A stretch of 63,906 nt of DNA, counting the filler, from Collodictyon triciliatum (Eukaryota): NCBI GenBank assembly GCA_043381765.1. It is 7 parts of 7 records of this genome, joined end to end, with 100 filler letters (N's around TTAATTAATTAA, not from the genome) between each part and the next. Parts side by side here need not be neighbours in the genome. Positions count along the whole stretch, not along the records: positions 1 to 23,914 come from JBHJMP010000857.1; 6 more parts are not named here. The stretch is one strand, 5' to 3'. The notes below the pieces were generated by a model, which was not told the DNA's origin, did not search any database, and was given only the letters and a program-made list of their open reading frames with translations. The first letter of the stretch is position 1; every line of letters begins with the position of its first letter. Below, one piece after another: positions 1-16,191 of this stretch. The position numbers were made by a program, and so were the translations under genes.

Positions 1-788
1 AGTGATGATTGGGCGCCAGGGTCGCTGCGAAGCGAATACAAATAATCGAGAAGCCGAGCCTTTCTGTCGAGTATCCAAAGAAGACCAGGCCGTTATTTTC
101 ATGTAGGTCGTGGTCGTCGCGCCGCGTCGATTTCTGTGGATGACCGTGTGGTATGCAACTCTTGTGGCCCACCGCTGGCTAGTATTGTATACATATTCCA
201 GATAGTATCTTCCTTCGGCTATTTATCTTAAATGTTTTGTTTTCAACCATTTCTCTTAGCTGTCTCTCTTAATTCATATCACATATATTGTAAAACTGGC
301 TTGAGAAATATACATGCTTGCAATCCGCGCAAAGAGTTGCCAATCAAATGACGCCTACAAGAGATAAACAGAAGGGTAATGAGGCTGGCCTCGGTATTTT
401 TTTTTTTTATGTGTTGCTGGTATTAAGGAATAAGAATCTCGGTTCAAAATTTTACTGATTCGCAAAAAGGAGCGTTTATTGGGGACTTTTTTTTTTCTCT
501 CTGGCTTTAAAATTAAGCTGGGTATAACTTGATACCAAATGGGAATATAATGAGGAAAGCTGTAAGGAGTTAACTCCTCTCAGTATGCTGGGTTTATACA
601 TTTTGTGAAGTCGGCTCTACAATCAAGGAGTTGAAGTATGCTCCACAGATTATAGATAATATGAATAAGTTTTTTTCAAAAAAGGCCGATATAAAACTGT
701 TCCAAACAATCCAAAAAAACAAAAAACAAATACCAGGAAAAGGTGTTCGCATTATATATGTAAACAGGCCACATCTTCCCACATAAGT

Positions 789-5042
<4,254 letters not shown>

Positions 5043-5222
5043 TGTGCTGTGGAGGCCTTGCGTGTTGGGCTTGCGGTTGGTTTTATGTTGTGTTTTCTTG
5101 GGTGGTTCTTGAAGGAGGGAGTAGAAAAGATGCCAAAGGGGAAAGAACAAGAACAAGAAATAGAAAATTATTTTTTTTTCTATGATACAAGACAAAAATA
5201 ACAGGAGGTCGTTTGGAGCTGC

Positions 5223-7190
5223 TCAGGGAGGTAACGTCAACTGGCCTACTTGCACGTTTTCGGCCATGAACAGGATGCGGTTTGGTTGTTTGTGGTAGCT
5301 CCAGAAGAATCGAACCAGGAAAAGGCTGACAGAAAGAAGGGACGTGGATAATGCGGTTCGGCAGGACATAATCTTCTTGTTGTCAATAATAAGGTATACG
5401 TCGCTCTTGAAGGTGTCGCCGATTTTCAGTTTGCATAAAACAAATACCACAAGAGCGAAAGAGGTTTGGATTAAGGACAGGTACGATTGATTCCTTGACC
5501 TGATACTAAAACAATCCACCATAATGAAAGTGTTCAGGGTCATGATTGAGTAAATCCAAAACAAGGTTCTGATGTCCCAGTGGCAAAGTATCCCTGTGCA
5601 GAGAAATATCTTGGCAACCAAAAACATCAAAAACCAGTAATCAAAAGAGTGTGTCATGTGGTGAAGCATGGTTATATTTGATGATAAAACTATCTGCATG
5701 ACTAAAAAAAATATTCCGATAATTACTACAGCAACAGATGCATGCAAAAAAAATTCGCCAAAATCAAATCCTACTGCGAGGGGTAGAGAAAGAAAAGCAG
5801 AGACTACAAAAATGGATACTGTAAATATTTTGTAATGTATTGACCTTATGATCGCTGCCATCTTCGGGAATTGACAAGAGATGTTTTCATGGAAGAAGGT
5901 TCGCTTCATATCATACAGCACCATTTTATCCTCAAGTATCCCGATGTAACAATCTGACTGATTATTTTGTGGGTATCCATCTCTACCGATACCCGAATTT
6001 CTTTTAATATCATCTTCCATTCTCTCCAGGTCCCGTTTGGCTCCATATTTTGCTATTTGGTCTTCTTGTGAAACATTCATATTTTCGGCTCCTTGAGGTA
6101 AATTATTACCCATCCGTCCTTCTTCTGATGTGTTCCCAGGCTTCATCTCCGGCGCACATCTACTCTCAATAACATAAAACTCTGATAAGAATGTTATGGT
6201 ATTATGTTTTCTTAAAACTGTGTGATTGTAGAATATACGAAAGAGATAAATCAAGACTGTTGAAAGATTCTCCACTGCCAGTAGTCGAATATCGATCATT
6301 TCGACACTGCTTTTTGGATAGTACATCTTTTCGTTATTGAACTCCACCCACCGAAAAATTAAGATACACAAAGTTATCAGAAATACAGGAATCCCAATCA
6401 AAGATGATAATCTCATTGATAAATTATGTTTTCCAGCATGCGCATCATACATAATCATCACCAAAATACTGGAAAATGAGTGCAGGCATGCACAAAAGAC
6501 CTCCATTGTTTCTCCATAAAGTAAAAATAAGCATATATGAAGTGAGCATACGTTGTATACTGTGAACCAAAAATTGAACGACTTTGATAGCTCTTTCAAA
6601 ATGTCCACGCATATGAATACGGAATAAAAGGTGAAAAAAAGAGTTGTGTAAAATAGCTGCAGTACTAGATATGCACGCCTATCTATTACAGGAATCCTGA
6701 AGCTGACAGACAAAGACATAGCTGAAAAAGCGTTCCAGAGTAACATGAATAACAAAGTAACAAATCTTTTGCTGCAAACGGATGTTAGTAATTTGAAGGC
6801 TTTTTTGTTGCACAAGATGTTCCACATAATTGTATTTCGCTTATTGATCTTTTTGAAGTTCTTTCGAACACTCAGCGAAATAATATGCCTCGGTAGCTGA
6901 CTGCTTGGAATTTGCTCCTCAATGCCATCGACCCGTAAGCTCGCAGGAAGAGCACTTCTGTTATCACCACCACCGAGTAGGCTGCCAATGGCTTCTGTTT
7001 GCTCTTTCTTGCATTGGTCGTGCTTCGCCTCATCCTTTTTCTGACCAGTAACTTGAACTCTTGCTCCATCCTTAGCGGCCAACATCTCGGCTTCTTCAGC
7101 TTGCTCACACTGACTCCAGGCATAACTTTGCGTCCCACGAACATCACGCCCATAACTCACACAGACATCGTCAAAAACCTTAACTTTCAT
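5223..7190 (-). CDS. Intronless multipass membrane protein (~655 aa) made of two internally repeated hydrophobic domains
   Basis: Uninterrupted ORF, likely start MKVKVFDD at 7190. Two halves each have ~6-7 hydrophobic segments and matching motifs (SKSFNFWF...IMYDAH versus THSFDYWF...IMVDCF), separated by a hydrophilic linker. Confidence 0.75.
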   Translation of the reverse strand: MKVKVFDDVCVSYGRDVRGTQSYAWSQCEQAEEAEMLAAKDGARVQVTGQKKDEAKHDQCKKEQTEAIGSLLGGGDNRSALPASLRVDGIEEQIPSSQLPRHIISLSVRKNFKKINKRNTIMWNILCNKKAFKLLTSVCSKRFVTLLFMLLWNAFSAMSLSVSFRIPVIDRRAYLVLQLFYTTLFFTFYSVFICVDILKELSKSFNFWFTVYNVCSLHICLFLLYGETMEVFCACLHSFSSILVMIMYDAHAGKHNLSMRLSSLIGIPVFLITLCILIFRWVEFNNEKMYYPKSSVEMIDIRLLAVENLSTVLIYLFRIFYNHTVLRKHNTITFLSEFYVIESRCAPEMKPGNTSEEGRMGNNLPQGAENMNVSQEDQIAKYGAKRDLERMEDDIKRNSGIGRDGYPQNNQSDCYIGILEDKMVLYDMKRTFFHENISCQFPKMAAIIRSIHYKIFTVSIFVVSAFLSLPLAVGFDFGEFFLHASVAVVIIGIFFLVMQIVLSSNITMLHHMTHSFDYWFLMFLVAKIFLCTGILCHWDIRTLFWIYSIMTLNTFIMVDCFSIRSRNQSYLSLIQTSFALVVFVLCKLKIGDTFKSDVYLIIDNKKIMSCRTALSTSLLSVSLFLVRFFWSYHKQPNRILFMAENVQVGQLTLPP

Positions 7191-7594
7191 GCTGCACTTG
7201 CCTGCTCGGTTTATAACAAGGGATGAGCCGCCTATTGGGCAAAATGAGTACGAAAGGGAAAATGAAAAAAAAAAAAGCAAAGAGAAACAGGCATGTAAAC
7301 GCTCTGGGAAGGTAAAAAGATTGAGGGAAAGGATGTTCCAGAAGAAAAAAGGTTGACAGAAGCAAATTCTGTTTCGTTGTGTATTCTGGGGTACCGTCGG
7401 ACGCTTTGACATTAAAAGGGTGTTGATCGTTTTCTTTCAGCCAAGGAGCCGACAAACGGAGATTCAAGTACCACACATTCACACCACCCACACAGACAAA
7501 AAAAAAAAAAAAAAAAAAAATAGGTTTCTTTAATCCGGACTTTACGGTTTATTCCATGAAATTGGATTGTAAGGGCGATGAGCTGCGGGCTGTC

Positions 7595-9734
7595 CTACTT
7601 CAGATACGAGACTCTGCAAGGCTCCACCAAGGCTTGTTTGTACCCATCGACACTCAATCGGTCGATGCAGAACTTGTATTTTCCTTTGGTGTTGACAGGA
7701 ACAATCTCTTGGAAGATACCCGCGTTGGTTGAATATCCGTTCACTTTGGAGACTAGGACCCATTCATTATTTTGTAATCTTGAGGTTGTTCCAGAGACCT
7801 GCACAAACACTCGATTATTGTTTTCCATGCAAAGCACCTTGAGAAAAAAAAGTTTTTTTTCTTTCATTTGTGCCTCATTTTGAGACTATGATACGCACGA
7901 ATCGAATATTTCTGTTGGTATATACCTTAACATGTTTTAGCTTCTTCTTTGTTCCAAGGTCGATTGTCTCAAACGTGATGGTAAGGAACTTAGTGTTCTG
8001 CTGATACTTAAAAGAGTAGTTGTCCCGGGTCACGTATTCTGGGTGATGTTACAAAATTCTTCATTTTGTTATAGTTTGAGACAATCGAGCATATAGCGTA
8101 TGACTGCGAGGTAGGATGAATCTAAGATAACGTCTCTATAACCTATTTGTAAACTTACTAGCTCCATTCATGATTGCATCCAGAAACTCAAGGCTGCTCT
8201 TGGTATAGCCATATGTCCCAGGGTAATTAGGATAAGCGCAACCATAGCCGCTACTGACGACCCCGATATGCATCGGTCCGCATGGTAGCTGATAGAGATA
8301 GTGAAGAATGGAGAGGATTAATGCGCAAAAGTGGATCGTTCGGATGACAAATAAATCGAATAAAGTAGATTCTATTTTGTTTAAGTTACTTACATTTATA
8401 AAAATTGGCCCTCCACTATCGCCATTACAAGCATCTTTTCCGCCTTCCGGATAACCAGCACAAATCATTGTGCTCGTGATGACTACATCATCCATACCTT
8501 TGTATGCCTCTGAGCAATACTCATTGCTCACCAACGGAACCATGACTGAATGTAGAGTTTTTGGAAGAAGTCCCTCATACTTGGTATTGTTTTACAAAAC
8601 AAAACATAGATCGATTTATTTTCCAAAAAATAAGACCTTACAAAGGCTCATATATATACATGTTGATATTGATCAGTTAAAAAAAGTAATTCATTTTTAT
8701 CTAATCATGCCTTTCACTGGAAGAAAAAAACTATAAAAATTATTCTTGCATTGGCTGTCCAATCGTAAATACCTGCAGTCGGCCCCATCCCATTGTGATT
8801 GTCTGCATTCCAGGGATGACCATAAATGCGTCCTCTCTTCTCATCAATCTCACTGGAGTTACATTAGATGATCTATTCCACAATATTATTTGGTGAAATT
8901 GGTTCAGTTGCTTAAAGGTGGTACTGTAATTCTTTACGTTTTCAATTTGAAGAGTGAGAAGTCAAAATCCACGATGGAGTCAATATATCGTGGGTCTCTG
9001 TATATCGCTTCAACTTCGTGTCGCTCCGCTCCAGGTTCATCAGGGTTTGATAGGTCGTGCCTATGGAGGATAACTAACAAAAAAAAAAAAAAAAGTGATA
9101 ATCTCGAAGCTCTCAGAGGTGCCCAAAACTAGTTGTGATTTTTTTTTTCCAAAGGTAACTAACACTCCTCTTGTTAATGAGAAAGCAATATACTGTCTTA
9201 GATAAAAGTTTTTAATGTAAAACAAGGGAAAACAACAGTAGATTCTCTTAGGATACAAACCAAATTTATAAGAAAAAGAGAGAAAAAGGAAACGTACCCT
9301 GGTAAGCCTCAGCTCCATCAATCACACAATGCCCGGCGGACAAAACGTAGTCCTTGTGAATCAGAGACCCGCCACAAATGAAACGACTACTGTCAGATGT
9401 ACCACTTTTCTTGTATAACAAAGCGACCATCCAGGGATATTGGAAGGGTTTCACCTCCTCCCCGCCAACGATGCGGCCGTCGGCACGTTCATCTAATTGG
9501 CAATAGCAACACTCGTCAAACTTCAAATATAAACGAACAAACAAGATCTTTGAGACATGCCACCATCCTGTTCTAGGATAAGTCTGCCGAAAGAAAGGAT
9601 TGGCATCACATTTACAACAAGAAAAAGGTTGCACAACTCTCCATACACTTACCAATTGAAGCTCCTTCTACTCGAACCGCGGCACCAACAGCGAGAAGAG
9701 CCACGCACAGATAGAATGCCGACCACCTGCTCAT
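7595..9734 (-). CDS. Secreted trypsin-like (S1A) serine protease with a ~115-aa C-terminal extension; 8 exons
   Basis: Signal peptide [19 protein letters not shown]; activation site R|IVGG; catalytic motifs LSAGHC (His), DFDFSL (Asp) and GDSGGP (Ser); GGKDAC gives Asp189 (trypsin specificity). All junctions GT-AG and in frame. Confidence 0.93.
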
Positions 9735-10625
9735 CCTTCAGGCAGTTCGAGTGAAAAAAAAAATAAGCAAGGCTCCGACTGACCCGTGTGGTACGTCCGC
9801 TTTATGTTCAGGTGGCACATCATCACGTCGTAGGCCACCGCTCCCTTGCAGGGTACTTAGGTGGAGGAAAAACCAGTGTCGCCCAATCTCCGCCGATTTC
9901 ACGAAAAAAATGACAGCCTATTTATTCCTCAGAGTATTTTCCCGTCCACTGCAACGGATACACTGTCATACTTTTCTGGAATAATACATCTAAATTGCCT
10001 TCCACATAAGGTAAATATGGTTGGGTGGACAGCGTTTGTCCGGTGTATAATCGCCAAGTGTCATTAGTTCCTTCTCGTGAAGTTTATTCAATCGGACATG
10101 CGCTGAAGGTGCCGGTGGTTACGAGCCTCTACGACTAGCCACCAAAGGACAACCAACTTTGGGAGAGATGTATTTTTCTTTCGAGAATGTAACGGGAGTC
10201 CACGGGAAAAAGTGGGAAAGGTGGGATTTGGGGCAGGAAAAAAAAAAAAATAAGGGGGTTGCAAGGCTACCTCGTAAAATCGTGCTGGGCTGAAAGAAAA
10301 GGTTTTTTTCTTTTTTGGCGAAGTGTAGGACAGGAAATGCAGAATATTCGTCTTGAAAGAAATAGTCGGCGTAGAATAAGGAGAGGGTGACGAATAGATA
10401 TAAAAAAGTGCAGGGGATGTGAAAAAAAAATCATAGGGAAATTGAATACTATGATGGCTAATCGAATACCGTGACTAAAGGTTGTCAATAGAACAGAACT
10501 AAACCTAACTAACTCACAGACAAATGGGTATGCCGACCAAACCGAGCAAATAGCAGACGAGGCGCGTGAAAGAAACAAAACAAAAAAAAAGAATAGGTAT
10601 ATAATGTGGCGATTTGCTGGTGCTA

Positions 10626-12621
10626 CTAATTTGGTTTCTCAATCTTGTGAGTGAAGAGAGAGGGCATGTGAAAAGGATTGGATGACGCCGCGGACAAAGT
10701 ACCTCCAAAACCATTCGAGAATGCATGATTTTGTATACCAGACGGGAAAATGGATGGTGGACCCAAAAAGGGGGAGAAAGCACTATTTGACATGCCACTT
10801 GGAGATGGCTCCCTGTCTGCACTCAGTGAATCAACCTTTTGGTCAGTTTCCTCTGTTTGGTTGGTAAGAGGAGGGCGGCCGAAAACTTGCTGTCTAGCTG
10901 AAATAGGCTGCTGTTGGTAGTGGAAAGTATCGGCAGGAGGCATGCTTTGGCTGGTCATGTTGAGATGCTGGATGGGAGAAGAGAAAGCTCTTGCATCTGA
11001 GGTCAAGGATGCCACATCTAGGTTGGTGTGTGAATTGTAAAGAGTTTTTGGTAAGCACCTAAAGTTTTACTACCAATTCACTTTATATATATATATATAT
11101 AACATTGTTTAAAAGTATGTAATACAATTATATGTGCACGCAACTTGACTTGGCCAAAAAAAAAAGAGAGAGAGTAGGAAAAGAGAAGGAAAAGAAAGAA
11201 AAGAATAGAAGGTATTCAGATAACAGGGTAAATAATCGAATATACCATCAACAGATGTGGTTGCCGAAGAAAATGAAGACGATTTGGCTGTGGAGGGTGG
11301 TGGGAGTGGGAGTGACACCAGGGGCGAGAGCAAAGAGTTCGATTGTGGTTGTGCAGTCTGCCCGATGGGATTTTGCTGAGCATACTGGGCTACTGGCGAG
11401 ATTACAGCTCTTTGAGAAGTTGTGTTGAGAGGGAGTGTATTCGTTTGGCGAGGAGGGTGCACTGTTTTTGATGCTTGCTCACCAAAAAGTCGAATGGATT
11501 GGATTGGATTGGCGAGGGCAGGGTAAGTGGTTGGGGCCTTGATTGGACTACTAAGGTAGTAGTTGTGAGTGGCTTGGCTCGATTGGCTCATGAGACTGGA
11601 TTCACTGAGATTGTCTGCTTCTGGCTCGGGAGAGTAAGCTGATGGGTTGTAGCTATGCGGATGATAGGCCACAAAGGAAGTTGCCGTTGATGCACTAATA
11701 GATGCTGATAGATTCGAGGGTGTGTTTGTGGCATTAGACCCAGGCATTGATGTGGAAACGGACGCAGATAGAGGCATGGATGCGGTGGAATATCCAGGAG
11801 TTGGGGTAGATGCCGGGGTGTGTGTTGGGGTAGAAGAAGGAGTGTGATTGAGCAACATGGCAAGGGCTGGCGATGATGTTGCAGGGGTGGGGATGTTTGT
11901 CGGGGTGTTTGCCTCGTACGAGTAACCTGCCCCAGCAAGGAGATTGAGCATATGTGCGAGGTAGGCGACTGGCTGGAAAGAAAGCAGCTGTGGACCGTTC
12001 CTCTGGATGGCACGGGCGTTCTTTATCACCGAATGGTCCCTATTACATTGTTTACCTGTGGGTGTTTCAAGGAAGGCAAATAGGGCCTGCCAGAGATGAG
12101 GTGTGTAAGGGTCTTCGGGAGAGGTGATGTCCGTGAATGCCCAGATATCTCCTTCCTCATAAAAGAGTTGCGTCTTAACAGCAGCAACGTCATTCGTGAG
12201 GTTGATGAATGCAGACGACCAGTTTAGAACATTGGTGAGGTTTCTCCACTGAACATCGGGTAGCTTCTTTGTGCCATGGGACTCGATTATTTGTTGACGA
12301 ATGTTGTTGAGAGTAGGNNNNNNNNNNNNNNNNNNNNNNNNNNNNNNNNNNNNNNNNNNNNNNNNNNNNNNNNNNNNNNNNNNNNNNNNNNNNNNNNNNN
12401 NNNNNNNNNNNNNNNNNNNNNNNNNNNNNNNNNNNNNNNNNNNNNNNNNNNNNNNNNNNNNNNNNNNNNNNNNNNNNNNNNNNNNNNNNNNNNNNNNNNN
12501 NNNNNNNNNNNNNNNNNNNNNNNNNNNNNNNNNNNNNNNNNNNNNNNNNNNNNNNNNNNNNNNNNNNNNNNNNNNNNNNNNNNNNNNNNNNNNNNNNNNN
12601 NNNNNNNNNNNNNNNNNNNNN

Positions 12622-12653
<32 letters not shown>

Positions 12654-13659
12654 GAAGTGAACCAAGAACGAGGTGATTTTGAATTTATCTACATATTAAA
12701 GGATATTCAATATCGAGGATAAGGCTAATTTGGCATGTTTGGTAGAGGGTTCCCGCCTATCTGTTCATTTCAAAGTCCAGGAGATATATACGATGAATAG
12801 GAGAGCGTACCACTTTAAGAACACCGGCAAGATACATCCCAAACAAACACTCCGAGTAGGTGAGGAGGGGAAGATCGAGGAGGGACTTGCACCAGTCCTC
12901 AAAGAGAGCCTGCAGATGCGTCTTGTTTGCCTTCTTTTCGGGGTCTTCGATTGTGTCGAGGTACTGTCTGAACTGCAGGGCAAATTCTAGACAAGAGGAG
13001 CAGGTGAGATGACAAAGTTGCAGCATAAAATCGAAAAGGAATGGCGGAGAAATGCTACCTATCTTGTCCTGACGGATGGAGGAGCATGTGGCCATGTTCT
13101 TTTTGCGGAGAGAAGGATCTGCAGCGAGGAAAGGTGGAAGGGCTGCATGGAGGGATTGGTGGGATGATGAGAGCGATTGGGTGTGCGACTGGGGTGGGAT
13201 GTGCGCATAATGAGCAGGGTAATGGGGTTGCGCTTTGTGCGAGTCGAAGCGGGGTGGCAGCAGCGAGGGCGGGCCGAGGGGCGAGCGCAGCAGAGAGGAA
13301 TGCGTGCTGGAATGTGGGGCGGAGTAGCTGTGCGGATAATCGTGGGGGTAGTACGCATCTCTGTCCGGGTCAGACGCTCCCGTCTCAGGGTAGACGTATG
13401 CATAGGGTGGAGCGGTGTATGTGAGTCCGTGTGTGTACGTATGAGCATGAGCGTGTGGATGTGGATGTGGATGTGGATGTGGATGTGTGTGTGGATGTGT
13501 GTGTGGATGTTGATTATGATGTGGGTTTTGGTGAGCATGTGGATATCCATGAGGTTGCATGTATGCGTGTGTGGATGAGTCATAGAGGCCATGGTCTGGG
13601 TGGCTGTAGCCCATGCTGTAACTATGCGCTGCGCTGTACATGTCACTGCCCTGCTCCAT
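10626..13659 (-). CDS. Multi-exon protein with His/Pro-rich N-terminus, probable OST-HTH-associated (OHA)-like domain and Ser/Pro-rich tail; interrupted by an N gap
   Basis: ORFs 12757-13659, 11109-12317 and 10626-11015 lie on one strand. The segment WAFTDITSPEDPYTPHLWQALFAFLE...ARAIQRNGPQLLSFQPVAYLAHMLNLL resembles, from recall, the OHA pattern DPY...W..F..FL...A..L....P..L....LG...H.V.L. Confidence 0.6.
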
Positions 13660-15351
13660 ATGCTCCCTGTCTCCGTTCTTTTCTTCTTTTCTGTACTTTT
13701 TGGTTCCTATGTTGGTTTGGTGTGTTTGTTAGTGTGCGCCTGCTGCAGAGAGCTTGGTCGGGCTTGGGCGGTGCATAGAGGAAAGGGCATTGTAGAGATG
13801 CCTTTTGCGGCGGTGCGCTGATTCCCCTTTTGGCTTTGTTGGGTGAGTCTGTTTAAGCTGCTGGATGTGCGTGGATGTGTGTGCTCAGCAGAGGCGCATT
13901 CGGCGGGAGGAGCGGCCCTAAGCAAGAGTGGATAAGGCTGCTGAGTGAGAGGGACTAGGAGGGAGTTAGCGGGTTATAAGACTATCTCTTCTCGTTTCTT
14001 TGAGGGCGAAGGAAATAAGAGCTTTTCAACCCGGCTCAGGAGAGTAAATGGGTGTGGCTTTGGGATTTCTCCTCAGCTGATTCATGTTTGAACATCGCAA
14101 GTCTCTTTTAAAATATATATAAAAACAAATAAATAAATCTCCTCTCTTTGGATGACTGCGGTTCTAAGGGTGGTTGAAAGAACCATTCCTGTTTGTTTTC
14201 TTTTCTTTTTCCTGCAATTATCTGTAGCCAGAGCTGCTTGAAAGACATCATTAAAGATAAACAAAATGGAATGGAAGAGGTCGTATGTTTTCTTTTCTTT
14301 CTTTCTTCCTTCCTTCCTTTTTTTTTTTTTTTTTTTTTGGGTTGGTTTTTTTTTTGGGTTTTTTTTTTTTTTTTTTTTTTTTTTTTGGAAAAGGAGATGA
14401 AAACGTCTTCCAACAAGTAAGGGGTGAATTGGCATATGAAAAGATGCTTTGTTGGACCTAAGGACAATACGAAGGTCTGAGTCAAAGTGTGGCAAGCACC
14501 CTCCTACGCAAGGACACGGCTTGGCTAGCTTGCTTTCTCTATGGAGAAGACACCCTCTAGACAGATACACAAGGACAGAAAGAAAAGATAAAAGAAGAGG
14601 CAGAGTAGAGAGGTGATGGCGGTGTGTGTGTGGACATTTGTGGAGGCAAAAAAATGTAACCAAAGATGATCGGATATGGAGAAGAGAGGCACCAGAGCCA
14701 CTCTGGCTTGCATGCTTGTCTCCAGGTACTCTTTCGTCAAGTTGATTCAATACCCAAATATACCACTCACGGCCTCGCATTCGCCACGTAATGGCTTTTC
14801 TTCTTTGCCTTTTTTTGTTTTATTCATGGCCACCCAACAAGAAAGCTATAGCCTCTTGGTTTCTCTGTGTGCTCGCTTTCGTGTTTATGTTTGTGTTTGT
14901 GCTTGTGTTTGTCTTTGTGTTTGTGTCAGTATGTCTTTGTGTCTTTGTGTCTTTGTGTCTCGTGTGTTTGTGTGTTTGTGTATATCATGTTTTGTGTGTC
15001 TTTGAGCAGCTTTGTGTGTCAGTGTCTCGTCTTGGCCTTTCTGACTTCCTTGTCGGCGTCATTGATTTACAATCCATTCTTTTGACCATATATGCATAAA
15101 GAATTAAATCGTTTGATATATATCATAGTCCATAAATATATGTCAAAGCGCATCTAGTCTATAAATAGAAGAATCCCAATCACTGGTCCAAATTTGTTCA
15201 ACTCCACCATCTCTTCAATGAATTCATCCGAAAACAAAATTTATATTGTACATATTTTTATTCTCTAAAGGACACATTCATAGAAAATAGAGCGAAAATT
15301 CTAGGACTTGATTCCCCGTTTTTCTCCGAATTCCACATTAAAAAAAATCTC

Positions 15352-15455
15352 TTCTATTGCCCATATCCACTAGGGCAGAACCTCCCCCTCAGTAACCCGA
15401 CCAAGACCACGGGAGTCGCTAGTGGCTTGGAAGTTGAGGGGTATGCAATTTTTTG
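15352..15455 (+). ncRNA. Candidate structured small RNA (two hairpins plus Sm-like site), unassigned
   Basis: GC-rich island in AT-rich intergenic DNA with three compatible stems and AATTTTTTG at 15447-15455; matches no snRNA I recognise. Confidence 0.35.
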
Positions 15456-16191
15456 TAATAAATATATATAAATTTAATTATATTAATATACAAGATGATT
15501 TTTATTGCATAATATGATAAATTAATACATAATGTTGTAATTTCCAGGTTAGAATTATGCCATTTGCAGCTACACTTTTAAGGAATCATCGCTGTATTTT
15601 CCACAAGCCGTTCTCAAGGACTGGACAAAATTGGACTTTTGTTTTCCATGCAACAATGGTCGCAAGGTTTTATTTTTATCGGTTTGGTTTCTTCACTTTT
15701 GGGGCTCAAGGTGCCTGTGGGAGCCAATGATCTGTGAGGTTTACAGCTTCTAGGGAGTGCAGCGATCGTGTTTGCTAGAGATGAGCACACAAAAGGCCTT
15801 CCTTTCCATCTCCTTCGCCCTGCCTTTTCTAACTTTGCATTTCACTCAATGCTCCAAGTTACACAGCATTTATCGTCCCAAAAAAACAAAAACAGAAAAA
15901 CAAAAACAGAAAAAAAAAACAAAAAACAAAAACAGAAAAAAAAACAAAAACAGAAAAAAAACAAAAACAGAAAAAAACAGAAAAAAACAAAAAAAACAAA
16001 AACAAAAAACAAGCAAAAAACAAAACAAACACGTGTGAAGCACTTACAGACATCACTGGCGATGATCATAAAAGAAACCCGCTCGTTTCTCTCTCTCCCT
16101 CTGTCTTTTTCTGATTGCGCCTCCACCTAACTGAGCCCTTTCCCTTTCCCTTTCCCCCTTCGCCTTCCCTCCTTCCGCCCTCGCCTGGACG

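Noticed and set aside
1-230. GC-richer window start as a coding exon
   Set aside because: May be the tail of an upstream gene (frame 1 ends SDDWAPGSLRSEYK*), but it is too short to support a call.
8350-8375. AATCGAATAAAG match to the retroposon core in a protease intron
   Set aside because: Only 12 AT-rich bases match, with no A-tail or TSD.
15020-15275. Minus-strand frame that stays open if TAA/TAG are read as Gln
   Set aside because: Conserved genes here end in TAA or TAG (GPI, p23, Rad16, ENT) and show no in-frame stops, so the code is standard; the peptide has no recognisable motif.
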